Made by a program: the position numbers and the translations under genes. The notes beneath the pieces are model-generated. The model searched no databases. It saw nothing but the letters and a program-made list of their open reading frames with translations, and was not told the origin of the DNA. From positions 525,970 to 589,969 of the forward strand of contig MU058793.1 of assembly GCA_013265495.1 (NCBI GenBank): a stretch of DNA of 64,000 nucleotides. Reading direction: 5' to 3'. Shown here one piece after another: positions 1 through 12,369 of the stretch. Position 1 is the stretch's first letter; each line of letters begins with the position of its first letter. The DNA comes from Vicugna vicugna (Eukaryota).

Positions 1-233
1 TCAAAATTGTAGAACAGATAAACAAGATTACACTGTATAGCACAGGGAAATATACACAAAATGTTATGATAAATCACAGAGAAAAAAATGTGACAATGAG
101 TGTGTATATGTCCATGTATGACTGAAAAATTGTACTGAACACTGGAATTTGACACAACACTGTAAAATGATTATGAATCAATAAAAATGTAAAAAAAAAA
201 TAAATAAAATAAAATTAGAAAAAAAAAAAAAAA
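1..233 (+). mobile_element. Young L1 3' UTR and poly(A) tail (runs off the window start)
   Basis: gataaacaagattacactgtatagcacagggaaatat...ctggaatttgacacaacactgtaaaatga, then AATAAA and an A-rich tail; closely similar to 31000-31200. Confidence 0.9.
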
Positions 234-349
234 CTCTTTACCAAACTCTTGAGATGGAAAATGTTGGAGTAACTGGCCCAGCTTGTTCATCCTTGGTCCA
301 GTTTTATTGAGATACAATTGACATACAATATGGTACAATGTGAGCAGGT

Positions 350-790
350 ACGTGAAGGCTGGCTTAGTTCACCAAGAAGAAGATTTGAATGGTGATAAAA
401 TGTTTGGCAGCTGTAGTGGAGCAAGGGAAATGTGGACAGGTTTATACTGTAGTCAGGTGGATTTGAAGTAGATTGAATGTTCACACACAAAGGATGTCGA
501 TTTATTATTGACAATCTACAGAGAAACCCTTAGTAAAGTCTCACTTTATTCTGCCCTTGATTCTGATTTTAAAGAAAAATTTCAAAGTTTTCATAAATAA
601 CTTAGATTAGGACATGTCTGCTTCAGTTGACGAAATAATGAGAGCATGAGTTAACACAGGTGGAGACAAAATTCAGATTCAAAATGATCATAAAACACTA
701 GAAACCTAGGTAGAATAAATAAGGGGAAAATTAGATAAGTATTTACTGCCAAATTTGGATTTCAGTATTCACTTGAAAAACAATGGAATG
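350..790 (+). mobile_element. Degraded CR1/L3 LINE fragment
   Basis: Resembles the L3 RT region (ttcaccaagaag, cagattcaaaatgatc) and the larger copy at 12370-13360. Confidence 0.5.
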
Positions 791-1065
791 GATTTTTCAA
801 ACTGAGCCTTTATGTAAATTGTAGCCCTCTCTGTGTCAGTGTCTCTCTTTCTAAGAAGGAAGTTCTTTTTAATTAGTTGCATGCTAAAGTTAGTTTGGAA
901 AAATAAATGTTTTCCTAGAGTTGGAAGATGCCTATAATTTTGGTTTCCCTTTTATTTACAAATCAAGTAGTTAACAAGAAACAGTGAGTAAATTTGTGTC
1001 CCTGCAGGTAACTCACCACCCTGGAAAGTTGCTGAACTAAGATGTGCCTCCATAAAGTAGCTCCA

Positions 1066-1176
1066 TCAACTGCAAAGAAAAAAAAAAAAAAACTACTAAA
1101 GCCACAAACACGTGGAGGCTAAACAATATGCTACTAAACGACCACTGGATCACTGAGGAAATCAAAGAGGAGATCA
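1066..1176 (+). mobile_element. Short internal L1 ORF2 fragment (end of endonuclease/linker)
   Basis: acaaacacgtggaggctaaacaatatgctactaaacgaccactggatcactgaggaaatcaaagaggagatc encodes TNTWRLNNMLLNDHWITEEIKEEI. Confidence 0.85.
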
Positions 1177-1639
1177 TAATGTCGCCGAGGAAGGGGAAGT
1201 TACTGTAACATACAGCATGAGTCTAACCAGGACGTGACCGCTCCACATATTACTGGAGATCCGGTAAGCTTGGCTTTCCCAAATTAGGAAACACAGGTAA
1301 AGACAAGCTTGCTTTCCAGCTGTTTTGTCTATTATGCCATTTTCATTTCTTCAATTTTTAAAAATGATCTTATTATTTTCCCCTTATATATGAATATATC
1401 CTCATTGAAGAGTGAAGTCCAAACATTTCAAAAGTAGATAGTACAGAAAATAATAATGGGTAGCCAGTGTAAATGGATTGGTGACTCCTTTTTCAGATTA
1501 TACTTCTGTGACTGTTGCAACAAATTTTTTTTTATTTTGTGGAATACAGGCTTACACTACACATATTCTTTTATAACTTCCTTTTCCTATGGAACAATAT
1601 ATTTTGGAGACTATAATGGTAGACTTGTTGGCTGCACAC

Positions 1640-4600
1640 TAATCCATCAGCAAAGGACAATTAGAAAAGCCAGAGAAAATATTTGATTGATTTGGGTTGA
1701 AGGCATCAAAGAGCTACCAAGTCTGCGAGGACTTGAGGGGCTAAGACCCTTGAGAAAAGGCAAGAGCAAAGATGTGAGTTCAATATTCAGTCTGCTTTCC
1801 CCCTCAAGGTCTTTATCTGATTCACAAGCAGTGGCTGGAGCAGAGAAGCTGAGCAATGCTTCCGGCAGTCCTACCACACTGAGGAGGAAAATGGGAGCTC
1901 AGAACCCAGCAAGGAAAAACATCCCATGTTTTCCACTGGCATCAACGGAAGACCATATTATAGAAATAAGAGGTGAACCAGAAATAAACTAGCCCTCACA
2001 AAGAGTGAAGTCCAGTTTTAATGAACTCAGACCCCGACTGGATTGAGTGATCTGCCCCTACTCAGTTTGCTAGAAGTATAAGCCAATCTTCTTTGCAAGA
2101 AAATAAAGTTACCCACAGTCTCAAATTATTTTCATTTTTTAAAAATAGACCAACATCTGGTATTTAATTTGAAACAACCAGTCATCTCAGGGGACAAAAT
2201 CACATGACTAAAGAAGTAGATGAGTATACAGATACTGGAGTTATTAGACATGAATTTGAGTTCAGGATGTGCAGATACTAACTACTGTATATAAAATACA
2301 TAAACAACAAGGTCCTACTATATAACACAGGGAACCATATTCAATACTTTGTAATAGCCTAAAATGGAAAAGAATATGAAGAAGAATTTATATATATATA
2401 TATAAATGTATATATATATCACTGAATCACTATGCTGCACACCAGAAATTAACACACTATAAGTTGACTATAGCGCAATAAAAAATTTATTTAAATACTT
2501 TAAAGAAATTACTTTCAAGAATTATACTTTAAAGAATCAGAATTTCAGCCAAAAACTGGAAACTATAAAAAATGAAATAAAATTCTATAATTTAAAAATA
2601 AAATAATTGAAATTAATAAACCAGATAAATTCAACAGCAGATTAGGCAGAGATGAAAGGAAGCTTAGTAAGCTAGATGCTATATGAGAAGCAAATACCTG
2701 AACTAAAGCAGAGAGAGAGAAGAGAAAAAAGGTGAATGCAGTTAAGAGACTAGCAGACATATGGACATGGCTTTTCTAAAAAAAGACATTTAAGGGGAGT
2801 CTCAAAAGGCGAGGAAAGAGCAAATGGAACAGAAATAACATATGAAGAAATAATGGCTAAAGTTTTTTCAAAACAAAAGATGTCAATCCAAGATTCAAGA
2901 AGAACTTTGAATCTCAAATAACATAAATATAAAGAAATGGATACTTACCACATTATAATAAAAATACTAAAAGCCAAAGACAAACAGAAAAATCTTAAAA
3001 GAAGGGAATGTCTTTCCTTTAAAGAAGTAACAATTAGACTTACAGGCGACTTCAAATGAAATGTCATAAGGCAATGGAATAATATACCCAAAGTGCAGAA
3101 AGAAAATAACTGCAACCTAAAATTTTAAAACAGAAAGCTTCAAAAACAAAGGCACAGTATGTAAAGATATCAAGTCTCCCCAAATATTTACGCAGAATAA
3201 ATGCAATACCAATCAAAATCTCAACAGGTATTTCTTGGAAACTGATGAGCTGATTTAAATTTTATATTAAATAAGAGATATCCGAGAATAGCAAGACCGT
3301 CTTGAAAAAGAACAGGTTGAAAGACTTACACTACCAGAGCACAAGATTTATTATGAAGCTATAGTTGTTAAGACAATGTATATCGGTGCAAGGATAGAAA
3401 AATTGACTAAAAGATAACAGAGGGTCCAGAAGGAGACCCACACACATATGGATACTAGTTTTATGAAAAAGGCGACACTGCGGGGCAGTGAGAAAGGATG
3501 GTCTTTTCAGAAAATGGTTCTGAATCCTTAAAAGTTCATATGAAATTTAAAGTCTTCATTCATACTTCACCCCATACACCCAAAGCAGACTATAGATGTA
3601 CATGTGAGAGGTAAAACAATAGAGCATCCAGAGCACAGTAGAGGAGAGTATCTTCATGATCTTGGATAAGCTAAGATTTCCCAACAGAACATAATAAACA
3701 CTATAAAGGGAAAAGATTGGTAATTTGGGCTTCATTAACATTAAGAATTTCTGTTCAGTAAAAGACATTATTAAGAGAGTAGAAAAGCCAACTACAGAGT
3801 GAGAAAAAAATTGAAATACTGAAACTAAATGAGTCACATCCAGAATATATATTAACTCCTACAAATAGATAAGAAAAATATAGAAAAAATAGGCAAAAGG
3901 TTTAAACAGGCATCTTTCAAAAGGGTATTCAAATGGCCAATAAACACATGGTAAGGTGTTTAACTTTAGCAGTCACTGGGAAAATGTAAAGTAAGGCTAC
4001 AAGGACTTACCACTGCTTATCCACTAGAATAACTGAAATGAAAAACACTGTTAACAGTAAGTGAGGTAAAGGCATGGAGTAACTGGAATTCTCATACTTC
4101 TGGTGGGATTATAAACTGGTAAGAACCACTTTAAAAACTCTTTAACAAGTATATAAAAATCGAACATGCACATACCCTATGATCCTGGAATTCCACTCAA
4201 AGATATATGCCCAACATAAATGAATACATATGTGCACCAAAAAATATATCCAGTAATGTCCACAGTAGCATAATTTGTAATTGCCAACATCTTGAAACAA
4301 TAGAATAGGCAAATAAAGTACTGCAACATCACAGATGAGCTTCACAAACACGATGTTGAGTGAAAGAATTCAGATTCAGAAAGTATATGCTGTACAAAAA
4401 TTCCATTTTTTATCAAGTTCAAAAAATAGATAAAACTAATCTATGATGTTAGAAGTCAAGATACTGGTTAACTGTGGGGATAAAGCAAGGGTACCAACTG
4501 GTAGGGCAAAAAATAGGGCTTCGGGGATGACGGTAGTGTTCTTTATCGGAGTGGTAGATGGGTATTTTATTTGTGCTAATTCATCAAGCTCTGCTTGATC

Positions 4601-4652
4601 TTAGATTTGTGCATTTTTCCTGTGAGTACGCTAGACTCCAAAAAAAAGTTTA
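1640..4652 (+). mobile_element. Old L1M (L1ME-like): 5' region, decayed ORF1, ORF2 3' part and 3' UTR
   Basis: ORF1 remnants 2560-3150 (acaattagacttacaggcgacttc); ORF2 remnants from ~3160 (aatgcaataccaatcaaaatc); 3' UTR aaactaatctatgatgttagaagtcaagata. Confidence 0.8.
2253..2495 (+). mobile_element. Younger 5'-truncated L1 3' end nested in the old L1
   Basis: gcagatactaactactgtatataaaatacataaacaacaaggtcctact...actgaatcactatgctgcacaccagaaa...aataaa. Confidence 0.85.
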
Positions 4653-4819
4653 AATGAACTCCAAAGCTGGTGGAGTTACCAAAAAAATATCCTGGTACTT
4701 ATCCCTGTTCATCAACTGCCCACTTATAAAACATCATCTTGGCAGTTTCTAAAGGTGATTCGGAAGAGTGTTTCTCCAAGCACATATACACAGACACAGG
4801 TCAGAAGCACTGACTTGTA

Positions 4820-4990
4820 AGAGAAATTCCAGGCTTCTTATCATGGCACTCAGGGCCCTTTCTACGGTGGTCCCTCTCTGTGCTTTGGTACTTGAAGATT
4901 CCCAAATACACCATGCACTGTTTTTATGCTCTTCCCTCTGCCTGAAATGTTTGTTATACACACCGTAACCTCCACACTGCTCACCCTCTA
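4820..4990 (+). mobile_element. L2 fragment
   Basis: catggcactcagggccctt...gcttccctctgcctgaaatg resembles the L2 3' region. Confidence 0.55.
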
Positions 4991-5009
4991 GCTCAATGAT
5001 TCGTAAGAT

Positions 5010-5362
5010 ACGGTGAGCACAAGAGTTATCTTGGAGCATCTTAAAATGGTCATGCCATTTGAATTGGAGACTCTGATTAGATAGGCTCAACATGTTAATC
5101 CATATATTAACAAGCTACCTAAGGGATTCTAATGCACAGTCAAGTTTGAAACTGACTTAGGTAGCACAATGGTTTCCAAACTTGCCTGTTCACAAGAATT
5201 ACGTGAAGCACTTGTTTTTTGTGTTTGTTTTTTTTTTTTTTTTAAGATTTCCAGGACCTTCTACTGGAGACTCTGGTCCACATGGTCTGAATGAGAGCCC
5301 AGGAATCAGTATTTTAATAAGTCCTACAGATAGTTCTCATGATCAGGCAGTTTTGAAAAATA
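5010..5362. mobile_element. Two adjacent MER5-type hAT-Charlie MITEs
   Basis: gattctaatgcacagtcaagtttgaaa; caatggtttccaaactt...agcccaggaatcagtattttaataag...gatcaggcagttttgaaaaa. Confidence 0.65.
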
Positions 5363-6183
5363 AAATGTAGGTTTATCCTTTAGGATTTAGCTCAAAGATT
5401 ACTGAGGAAGCCTTCCCTGGCCCTGCCTTCCAACCCCAGACTGAGCTACCTTCTCATCACGCTCATAGCATCTTGGGATTCATCTAGCATGATAGATACT
5501 AGATTTTTGTCACATATACATTGATATCATGGTCACATAACCATTCTCCCCCCATTACTCAAGAAATATTTAGTAACTGGGCTTAACACACAAACTTCAT
5601 CCACAACAGTCACACAACAAATATTTAGCAATATGAACTGATAAATTAGTTCAAAATAATGGATTTGCAATTTAACCCTAAATAATTGTGGTGCAATTTA
5701 ATGTAACTCTAAATAATTATGTACTGTAAGTGGGATTTCTGAAGACCCTACCTTAACCCAAGGTAACTGGGATGGCTTAATATAGCCCACAGACACTAAA
5801 TTACACCCAAAAAGTCCTTCTCTTTTCTATTCCCTTTTAGTCTTTCTGATTATGACACAGAAGGTCTCAGGTAGGTGTCAATGTGCCTTACACCCTATCC
5901 TAACACTATTTGATTTTCCTTTTTAATAAAGAACAGGCCTCAAGCTTGGACCATTAGCAGACTGTATCCTGGTATCTCTTTTTGGGGGTTTTGAGGGAAG
6001 ATACCAAAGGCTCCTTTGGAAGTCTGGTGAAACCTATCTTAACAGCATTTTGTAAACGCCTACAACAAAATGCCTAGTTTTACAAAGAAAAAAATATGTT
6101 GAAATAGAGCTCCATCTACCATCCCTTTGGCACAAAGGTTTGGATCAATTTATTTGTTTATATACTTATATATTAATTTATTT

Positions 6184-6275
6184 CTTTTTATTGAAGTATA
6201 GTTGATTTACAATATTGTGTTAGCTTCTGGAGTACAGCATAGTGATTCAGTTATACATACACATTCTTTTTCATA
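6184..6275 (-). mobile_element. L1 extreme 3' end, antisense
   Basis: ttttttattgaagtatagttgatttacaatattgtgttag...agtgattcagttatacat is the reverse complement of the L1 3' terminus seen elsewhere in the window. Confidence 0.85.
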
Positions 6276-6279
6276 GTAT

Positions 6280-6452
6280 CTATTTTTATGGTTACTTTCT
6301 ATGTATGGAAAATGATATTGGTTTCCATTTACAGTCATGACATACAGTATTTGAAATAAATTTCTTTAAAGAGGAGAGATGAAATATTATTAAGTAAATA
6401 AGAGTAAAAGATACGACAAAAACTGTGAAAGCTCTATGTCATGACTGAGTAA
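6280..6452. mobile_element. hAT-Charlie fragment (Charlie4z-like)
   Basis: tatttttatggttactttctatgtatgg...ggtttccatttacagt resembles the recalled consensus. Confidence 0.5.
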
Positions 6453-7929
6453 AGAATGGTGACTTACCCCAAAGAGGTGAGTTTAGGGGTGGAAATTTCA
6501 GGCACCACCGCGGGCTAGTGATTGCACTAGGGCAGGTTCGGTGCGAACCTTACTCATCTAGCAGTTGGTCAATATCTATTGACTGGGCAGCCCCACCCGG
6601 TATAAGACACTCCTCCAGGTGTGGAAATAGGGCAATGAGCAAGACAAGTGGTCTACTCTCAAGGCGTTTCCATTCTGGTGGAAGAGTACAGCCAGCAAGC
6701 AGGCAGAAACATTCAATCATAAGATAATGTGAGATGCTGATATTCATCCTGATTTGTCACCAGAGAAGGAGTGACTTGGGATAAGAGTAGGGGGAGTGAG
6801 GGTGAGGGTCTTGCTTAACTCCCGGCCAGGTCAGAAAAACACCAGGCTCCCACTCCAGCAGTGCCTGGGAAAATGCAGAGAGGCAAGCCGGGATTTCTGG
6901 ATCATTACCGTGAGGAAAGGAATAAATGTGTGTTCTCTCTCAGTGGCTCCTCTTGACACCTGGGTAAATGGCTGTTTACACAGGCACATCACCCAGCCGC
7001 TCCCTCAAAGGTAAACAGCTGCTTCCTGCTCTCCCTGCCAGCACAGACTGGGGCCCCGGAACACTGTGTACCCAGGGGAAGAGGAGGTACCCTCCATTCA
7101 TGTTTTTGTTAATTCATTCAAGCAAGATATATTGAGAGCCTCCTAAGTACCAGGCTCTGGGGTAGATACAGGGACTACAGTGGGGAAGTAAGAAAGAGGA
7201 CTCTCCTCTGTCCACTCCACTTAGAATCTACGGCTGTCTAGAAGAGCCTTGGGGTCCCCAGGCCACCCCTCTCAGGGTGCAGACCAGAACGTCAAAATCT
7301 GAAGAGGGAAAATGACTTGCCCAAGATGCTGAGCTGGGTCGCTGTTGACTTCAATTTATTCTGGTCTCAAAACTCCTTTGTCAACTCTGCCTTCATTGCC
7401 TCCTCCTGCTGAGGTTACCTTGGACAGTATTTGAATCGACTCCTCTGTTAGCTCAGTGTGTTCTCTGCTACCAAACTGTCACAATTTAGGGAAAGAAGAA
7501 AGCAGAGGTGCCTCCAAGTACACTGAAATGTAATCCAGTTCTAAGCCCCTAAATTACCACCTGGACTGCTTGGGCTGGCTGAATTTGCCTTATGTTTATT
7601 TACCTTTTCTCCTGGGGACACTCCCCAATTTCAGTTTCCCATGTTGAAATTAGCACAGCCTATACTTAGGACAAGCCTACATTACATTTAACTATAGCTT
7701 CCATTTTCTGAGTGCCTTGTGTTTTCACTTGTCTCATTCATATGTTAAATCAGCAGGTGTTTACTGAGTACCCACTGTGTGCGAGGCCCCAGAGGAGATG
7801 CTGGGATTTAATGTAAGCCAAAGATAAACACATCTCTGAACTGATCCTGCCTGCCCAGTCTGATCTGGGAGGTAAGCATTTGTCAAATAACTGCATACAT
7901 AAGTATACATTTGCCACTGTAATAGACGC

Positions 7930-8335
7930 TTGTGTTATTTCATGGCCTCTGAGAAGCAGACGCTAAGACAGGACTAAACAGGGAAGAGATTAATTTGGGA
8001 GTAAAACTAGGCTGGGGGATGGAGAACCCTGGGAGAGAGATCAGGCAGTGAAGCAGTTCTGCGAAGGAGAGAGATGGGTAGTCTTAGGCTGCAGCATAGC
8101 TCTAAGGAAGACCTGGCAAGACCAAAGCTGCCCATCAAAAGAGACAAGTTCTCAAGAAGGGACCAGCCTTCATTATCCTGTTGTGCTCAGTCACAGTCTG
8201 GGAGCGGTTCATGGGAAGCGTGGCCTCAGCAGAGAGGTGGTGGTGGATTTGGAGTCAGCAGCTTGGGGTGTCAGTCAATTATGTTCCCCTCAGTAAAAAA
8301 GATCTAAGAAATACATTCTTCTGGTCACCACAGTG
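7930..8335 (-). mobile_element. ERVL-class solo LTR (LTR33/LTR16-like)
   Basis: gagaagcagacgctaagacaggact...ttaatttgggag is the typical antisense U5 end. Confidence 0.55.
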
Positions 8336-8765
8336 CTACAAAGGTGCAAAATACGGTAATAACAGGGGATAAATTAGACAAATCTGATCCAGTTTAGGAG
8401 AATGGAGATTCCCCGAGCATACTGTCTTTGTGTTGTCAATGAGGTGAAAGTTCAGTGTTCCAGGAAGAAGGAACAGCAAGTGCAAAGGCCCTGTGGCAGA
8501 GAGCACAGGCTATTCAAGAAACTAAAAGAAGATACGTGCATCTTAGTGAAGAGTGGAATATGATGCTGGAGAAATGGACTTCACTGGGGAACCCCCAAAG
8601 GTCTTTAGGCAAAGTATACTATTTTGAACATGCATCTAAAACTTATCATGAAAGACACAGTGTAGAAGGTGGATTTTCAGGTGGTTTAACTGCAGCATGA
8701 CTGGTGGGAATGGAAGATTGGAGAGGCCAGAGCCTTAGATGGCATATATTTTTGTTAGGATTAAA

Positions 8766-9450
8766 GCAGAGGTTGCACACTGGTGGCCCCTAGGACAAAT
8801 GTAACTTAAAGATGTGTTTAGTTTGGCCCAGGCAGTAGTTTAAACTTTTAAAAAGTTGTTGCTCACATTTAAAAATTGGATCATTCTACCCCAAGAATAG
8901 TCACTAGATGACCAGCCTCTCTTAAAAAATCAGATCGGGATAGGCCTACAGATTATCATGCGAAGTGAAGTAAGTCAGACAGAGAAAGACAAATATCATA
9001 TGATATCACTTATATGTGGAATCTTAAAAAAAAAGATACAAATAAACTTATTTACAAAACAGAGATAGAATCGCAGACATAGAAAACAAACATGGCTACC
9101 AAAGGGGAAGAGGTTGGGATTAGACGTTTGGGATTAACAGATACACATTACTCTACATAAAATCGTTAAACAACAGGGACATACTATATAGCTCAGGGAA
9201 TTATATTGAATATCTTATAATAAACAAGAATGGAAATGAATCTAAAAAATTAGATATATATATATATGTATAACTGAATGACTTTGCTGTACACCTGAAA
9301 CTATTACAATATTGTAAATAAACCATATTTCAATTTAAAAAAAAATCAGATCTGGCTTACCTCCCTGCCTAAAAACGATTGTCTGATAAAGAATAGAGAC
9401 AGTTTCTTTTAGACAAGGCCTATAACATGGTAGCTGATCCATAAACATTT
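8766..9450. mobile_element. hAT-Charlie MITE (MER103-like) split by an L1
   Basis: gcagaggttgcacactggtggccc...gatgtgtttagtttggccca...aaaaaatcagatctggc. Confidence 0.55.
8937..9339 (+). mobile_element. 5'-truncated L1 with 13-bp TSD
   Basis: TSD aaaaaatcagatc at 8924-8936 and 9340-9352; aagtgaagtaagtcagacagagaaagacaaatatcatatgatatcacttatatgtggaatc. Confidence 0.92.
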
Positions 9451-9547
9451 ACTAAATGAGTGAATAAAGGAATGAAAATAGAGATACCCCTAGGTCAGCA
9501 GGGCCATGGTACAGGAACCCCTCGCAGCCTGATTTAGAACTAAGTCC

Positions 9548-9736
9548 AGGGTGGGCTGGTAAATGTTTAACAACCAGCTCTTTGGGGGACAAAGAGTCCT
9601 GATTTGTAGTGTTTGTGAATTTTTGTGCTGTAAATATTCCCACCATGGCACAGTTCAAGCTTCCAATGTAATATCCCTCAATGTGAACTTGAAGATGAAC
9701 ACCAGCAGGGCTCATGAGATGGTCCAAGCCCACCGC
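9548..9736. mobile_element. MER63-type hAT-Blackjack MITE
   Basis: gctggtaaatgtttaacaaccagctct...cctgatttgtagtgtttg...gtaaatattcccaccatggc. Confidence 0.75.
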
Positions 9737-10181
9737 TCACGTGTGTGAGGCTAGAAATCCTGAAATACTGACCTTCTTGAACAGCGCCTGGAACATAACA
9801 GGTGCTCAATAAATGTTGGTTAAGCCAGCGAATGGATTGAAGCCCATAAGTGGAAAATCAGTGGGAAACAGGAAGGCATGAGAAGGGGGATAAAGGCTTG
9901 GGGTGCCGACCCTGGGACTGCGAGTCAGGGGCATGTGGTCATTCTTTTGACCATTAATTAACCTTTTAGATTTTCAGATCTCTCATTGGTCAAATGAAGG
10001 GGAAGAGTTGGATGATCTCGCTAAATCCTCTTATAATTCCATGATGTAAATTAGTGATTTACAGCCATTATTAAAAAGCATAATTATCTTTTCAAATAAA
10101 ATATCATAAATCCGATAGAAGGGGATATACATCTGTTGGGAGCCCTGATCCCCTAACTAGTTAGTTTCCCATGAAATCCCC

Positions 10182-10786
10182 TGCAGTGTTTTATCAGATG
10201 GGTGACCTCCAATGAACCCCATCTCTCTGTGTCCACACCTTTGTGAAGTCCCTTCCCCTTGAATCTGGGCTGAGTCTATGACCTGGTCCAGCACGAGAAC
10301 ACAGCAGAGGTGAGGATAGGCTAGTTTCTGGACTAAACTCTAAGAAGGCCTGGAAGCTTCCAGAACCTGGAGCCACTGCATAACAAGTCCAGCTACACTG
10401 CTGGGGAGGCCACATAGAGAGGCCATGGAAGGCCCATGGAGAAAGAGAGAGGCCCTGAGACTACCTGGAGTGACAGCAAGAGACCCAACCTTCCCAGTGT
10501 GCTAGCCCCAAGTCCACCCGCCAGCTGAATGACTACAGGCAAGGCCAGCAGGACTGCCCAACCAAGCCTAGGTCAGACTGCAGAACTGTGAGCAAACAAA
10601 ACGATTGCTTTTGTGTATAAGGGGAGGTAACTAGGTCATTTATTTATTTACTTACTTTAATGGAATACTGGGGATTGAACTCAGGACCTCATGGATGCTA
10701 GGCATGCACCCTACCACTTGAGCTATCTCCCCACCAAAACAGTTGTTGTTTTAAGGTTTTAGATGGTTACAGAGATTACCTAAACA
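10182..10786 (+). mobile_element. MaLR solo LTR (MLT1F/G-like) containing a SINE
   Basis: cccttccccttgaatctgggctg...actgcagaactgtgagcaaac...gttgttgttttaag; TG...CA termini. Confidence 0.75.
10609..10734 (-). mobile_element. tRNA-derived SINE (camelid Vic-1-like)
   Basis: Reverse complement has tagctcaagtggtag (A box), gagttcaatcccc (B box) and an aaataaataaatgacctagttacctcccc tail. Confidence 0.85.
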
Positions 10787-10952
10787 GCCATCAATGCAAA
10801 ATTGACCCATATAGTGGAGACCTGCACAGCTGTAAAAGGAATAAGGCAAGTCTAGGTTTACTGGTGTGAAATGATCACAAGATTTACCCTCACTTGAGAA
10901 TGCAACATTCAGAAGAGTCTGAAGAGTATACTTCTATCAGGATAGGAAGACA

Positions 10953-10955
<3 letters not shown>

Positions 10956-10994
<39 letters not shown>
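10956..10994. repeat. (GT)n microsatellite, ~19 units
   Basis: Perfect GT run. Confidence 0.98.
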
Positions 10995-10995
<1 letters not shown>

Positions 10996-11424
10996 CTGTT
11001 AATTTGTAGAATATTTCTGGAAAATCACTTAAGAAACTAGTCACAGGATGGTAGATTTAGGATGAGAGGTGCTTACTGCCATTATCTACCATTTCACACC
11101 TATTTTTTTTTACCATGTGCCCATTTATTACCCATTCAAATTATAGAAATAACATTTTGACACAAACAAAATCCAGAAGTGAGCTCTAGTAACATAATGT
11201 TGCAGATGACAAGCTGTAACGCTATGGTAACACACTATTATGTGAACCTGATGACTTAGGTCTTTGACTAAATTTTACTCAGAAACAGTATGTCCAGAAT
11301 AGAGGAAAGAATTAAAAACCCAGCTGGTCAACAAATACCCTTGTCATTCCTTGCATCAGAATGGGAGATGTGAGTGAGGAGGGGGTTCTTGTCGTGGGCG
11401 AGGTCTCAAGTTCTCTAGTGCCTC

Positions 11425-11830
11425 AGGTTCAGTTCTCCACAGGTTCAGAGCCAAGGATTTAGGTAGAAGTAATTAGTTGGGGAGGTGGTCCCAGGAAGCA
11501 CCAAAACAGAGTGGGAAACCCAAATAAGACAGGAAGGAGGATCAATAAGGAATGTGTCGATGGTTGGCACAGTGGGCAGCTGGGGCTCAGTCCCACTGGG
11601 GACCTTCAAGAGACAGGGTGAAGCTCGCTGAGTTGTCCTGCTCGAAGAGGGAGGAATCTGAGGTATTTATCCTCCCCTTCAGTGGGACATCAACTCTCCA
11701 GCACATCCAGCCTACCCCTATGTGCAGGCGGAGATGCCAGGTAAAGGGCTGGGGGGAGGAAGTCATATATGAGTAGAGGAAGTGAGTGCCAAGGGGATAG
11801 AGGCAGGACACCATGAGTGTCAGCTTACCT
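11425..11830 (-). mobile_element. ERVL-class solo LTR (LTR33-like)
   Basis: caaggatttaggtagaagtaattagttggggaggtggtcccaggaagcac...gggcagctggggctcagtcccactggggacc. Confidence 0.7.
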
Positions 11831-12369
11831 AGAGGCAAAGCCTGTGGTAAGAGCTTTGGTACCAAGGAAGCCCGGAAGGAGAGAGAGTCACGCATGTCAG
11901 TGTTGATCACTTAGATTTACTGGATGTCTTCTGGAAGAGCATAGGAAACTGCCTCGTCTCCATCCCACCCGTCTGCAAGGAGGAAGGAAGAAGGATGGCC
12001 AAGGGATTCCGGCTCCTCTGCACTTCGGAGGTGGACACGTGAAGGTGTCTAGTGGCTGTCATAGCATCTTGCACCTCAGTGGCAAGAGGCAAGTCCTGGG
12101 GCGGGACATGAGAACTGCATCATGTGAAGTGAGGAGCCCAGCTGCTGCTTCAGTGAGCCCTTCCATCTGTAACACGGATGGACACTGTATAATCTGGCTT
12201 CGTAACTGCGGGAGCAATGCATGCCCATGCTGGGGCCGCTCAATTGCTCCCAAGGCCAGAGTGGGTTTGGGGTGGTGCACAAATGCCTCTGGTCCAGGAG
12301 ACAATGTGGGAGACTGGGCCAAGTACAGGGTGACGTGTCCTAAGACACGGCATCTTAGAGCACATTGTA

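Noticed and set aside
12210..12251. 9-bp inverted repeat gggagcaat/attgctccc
   Set aside because: Expected by chance in 64 kb
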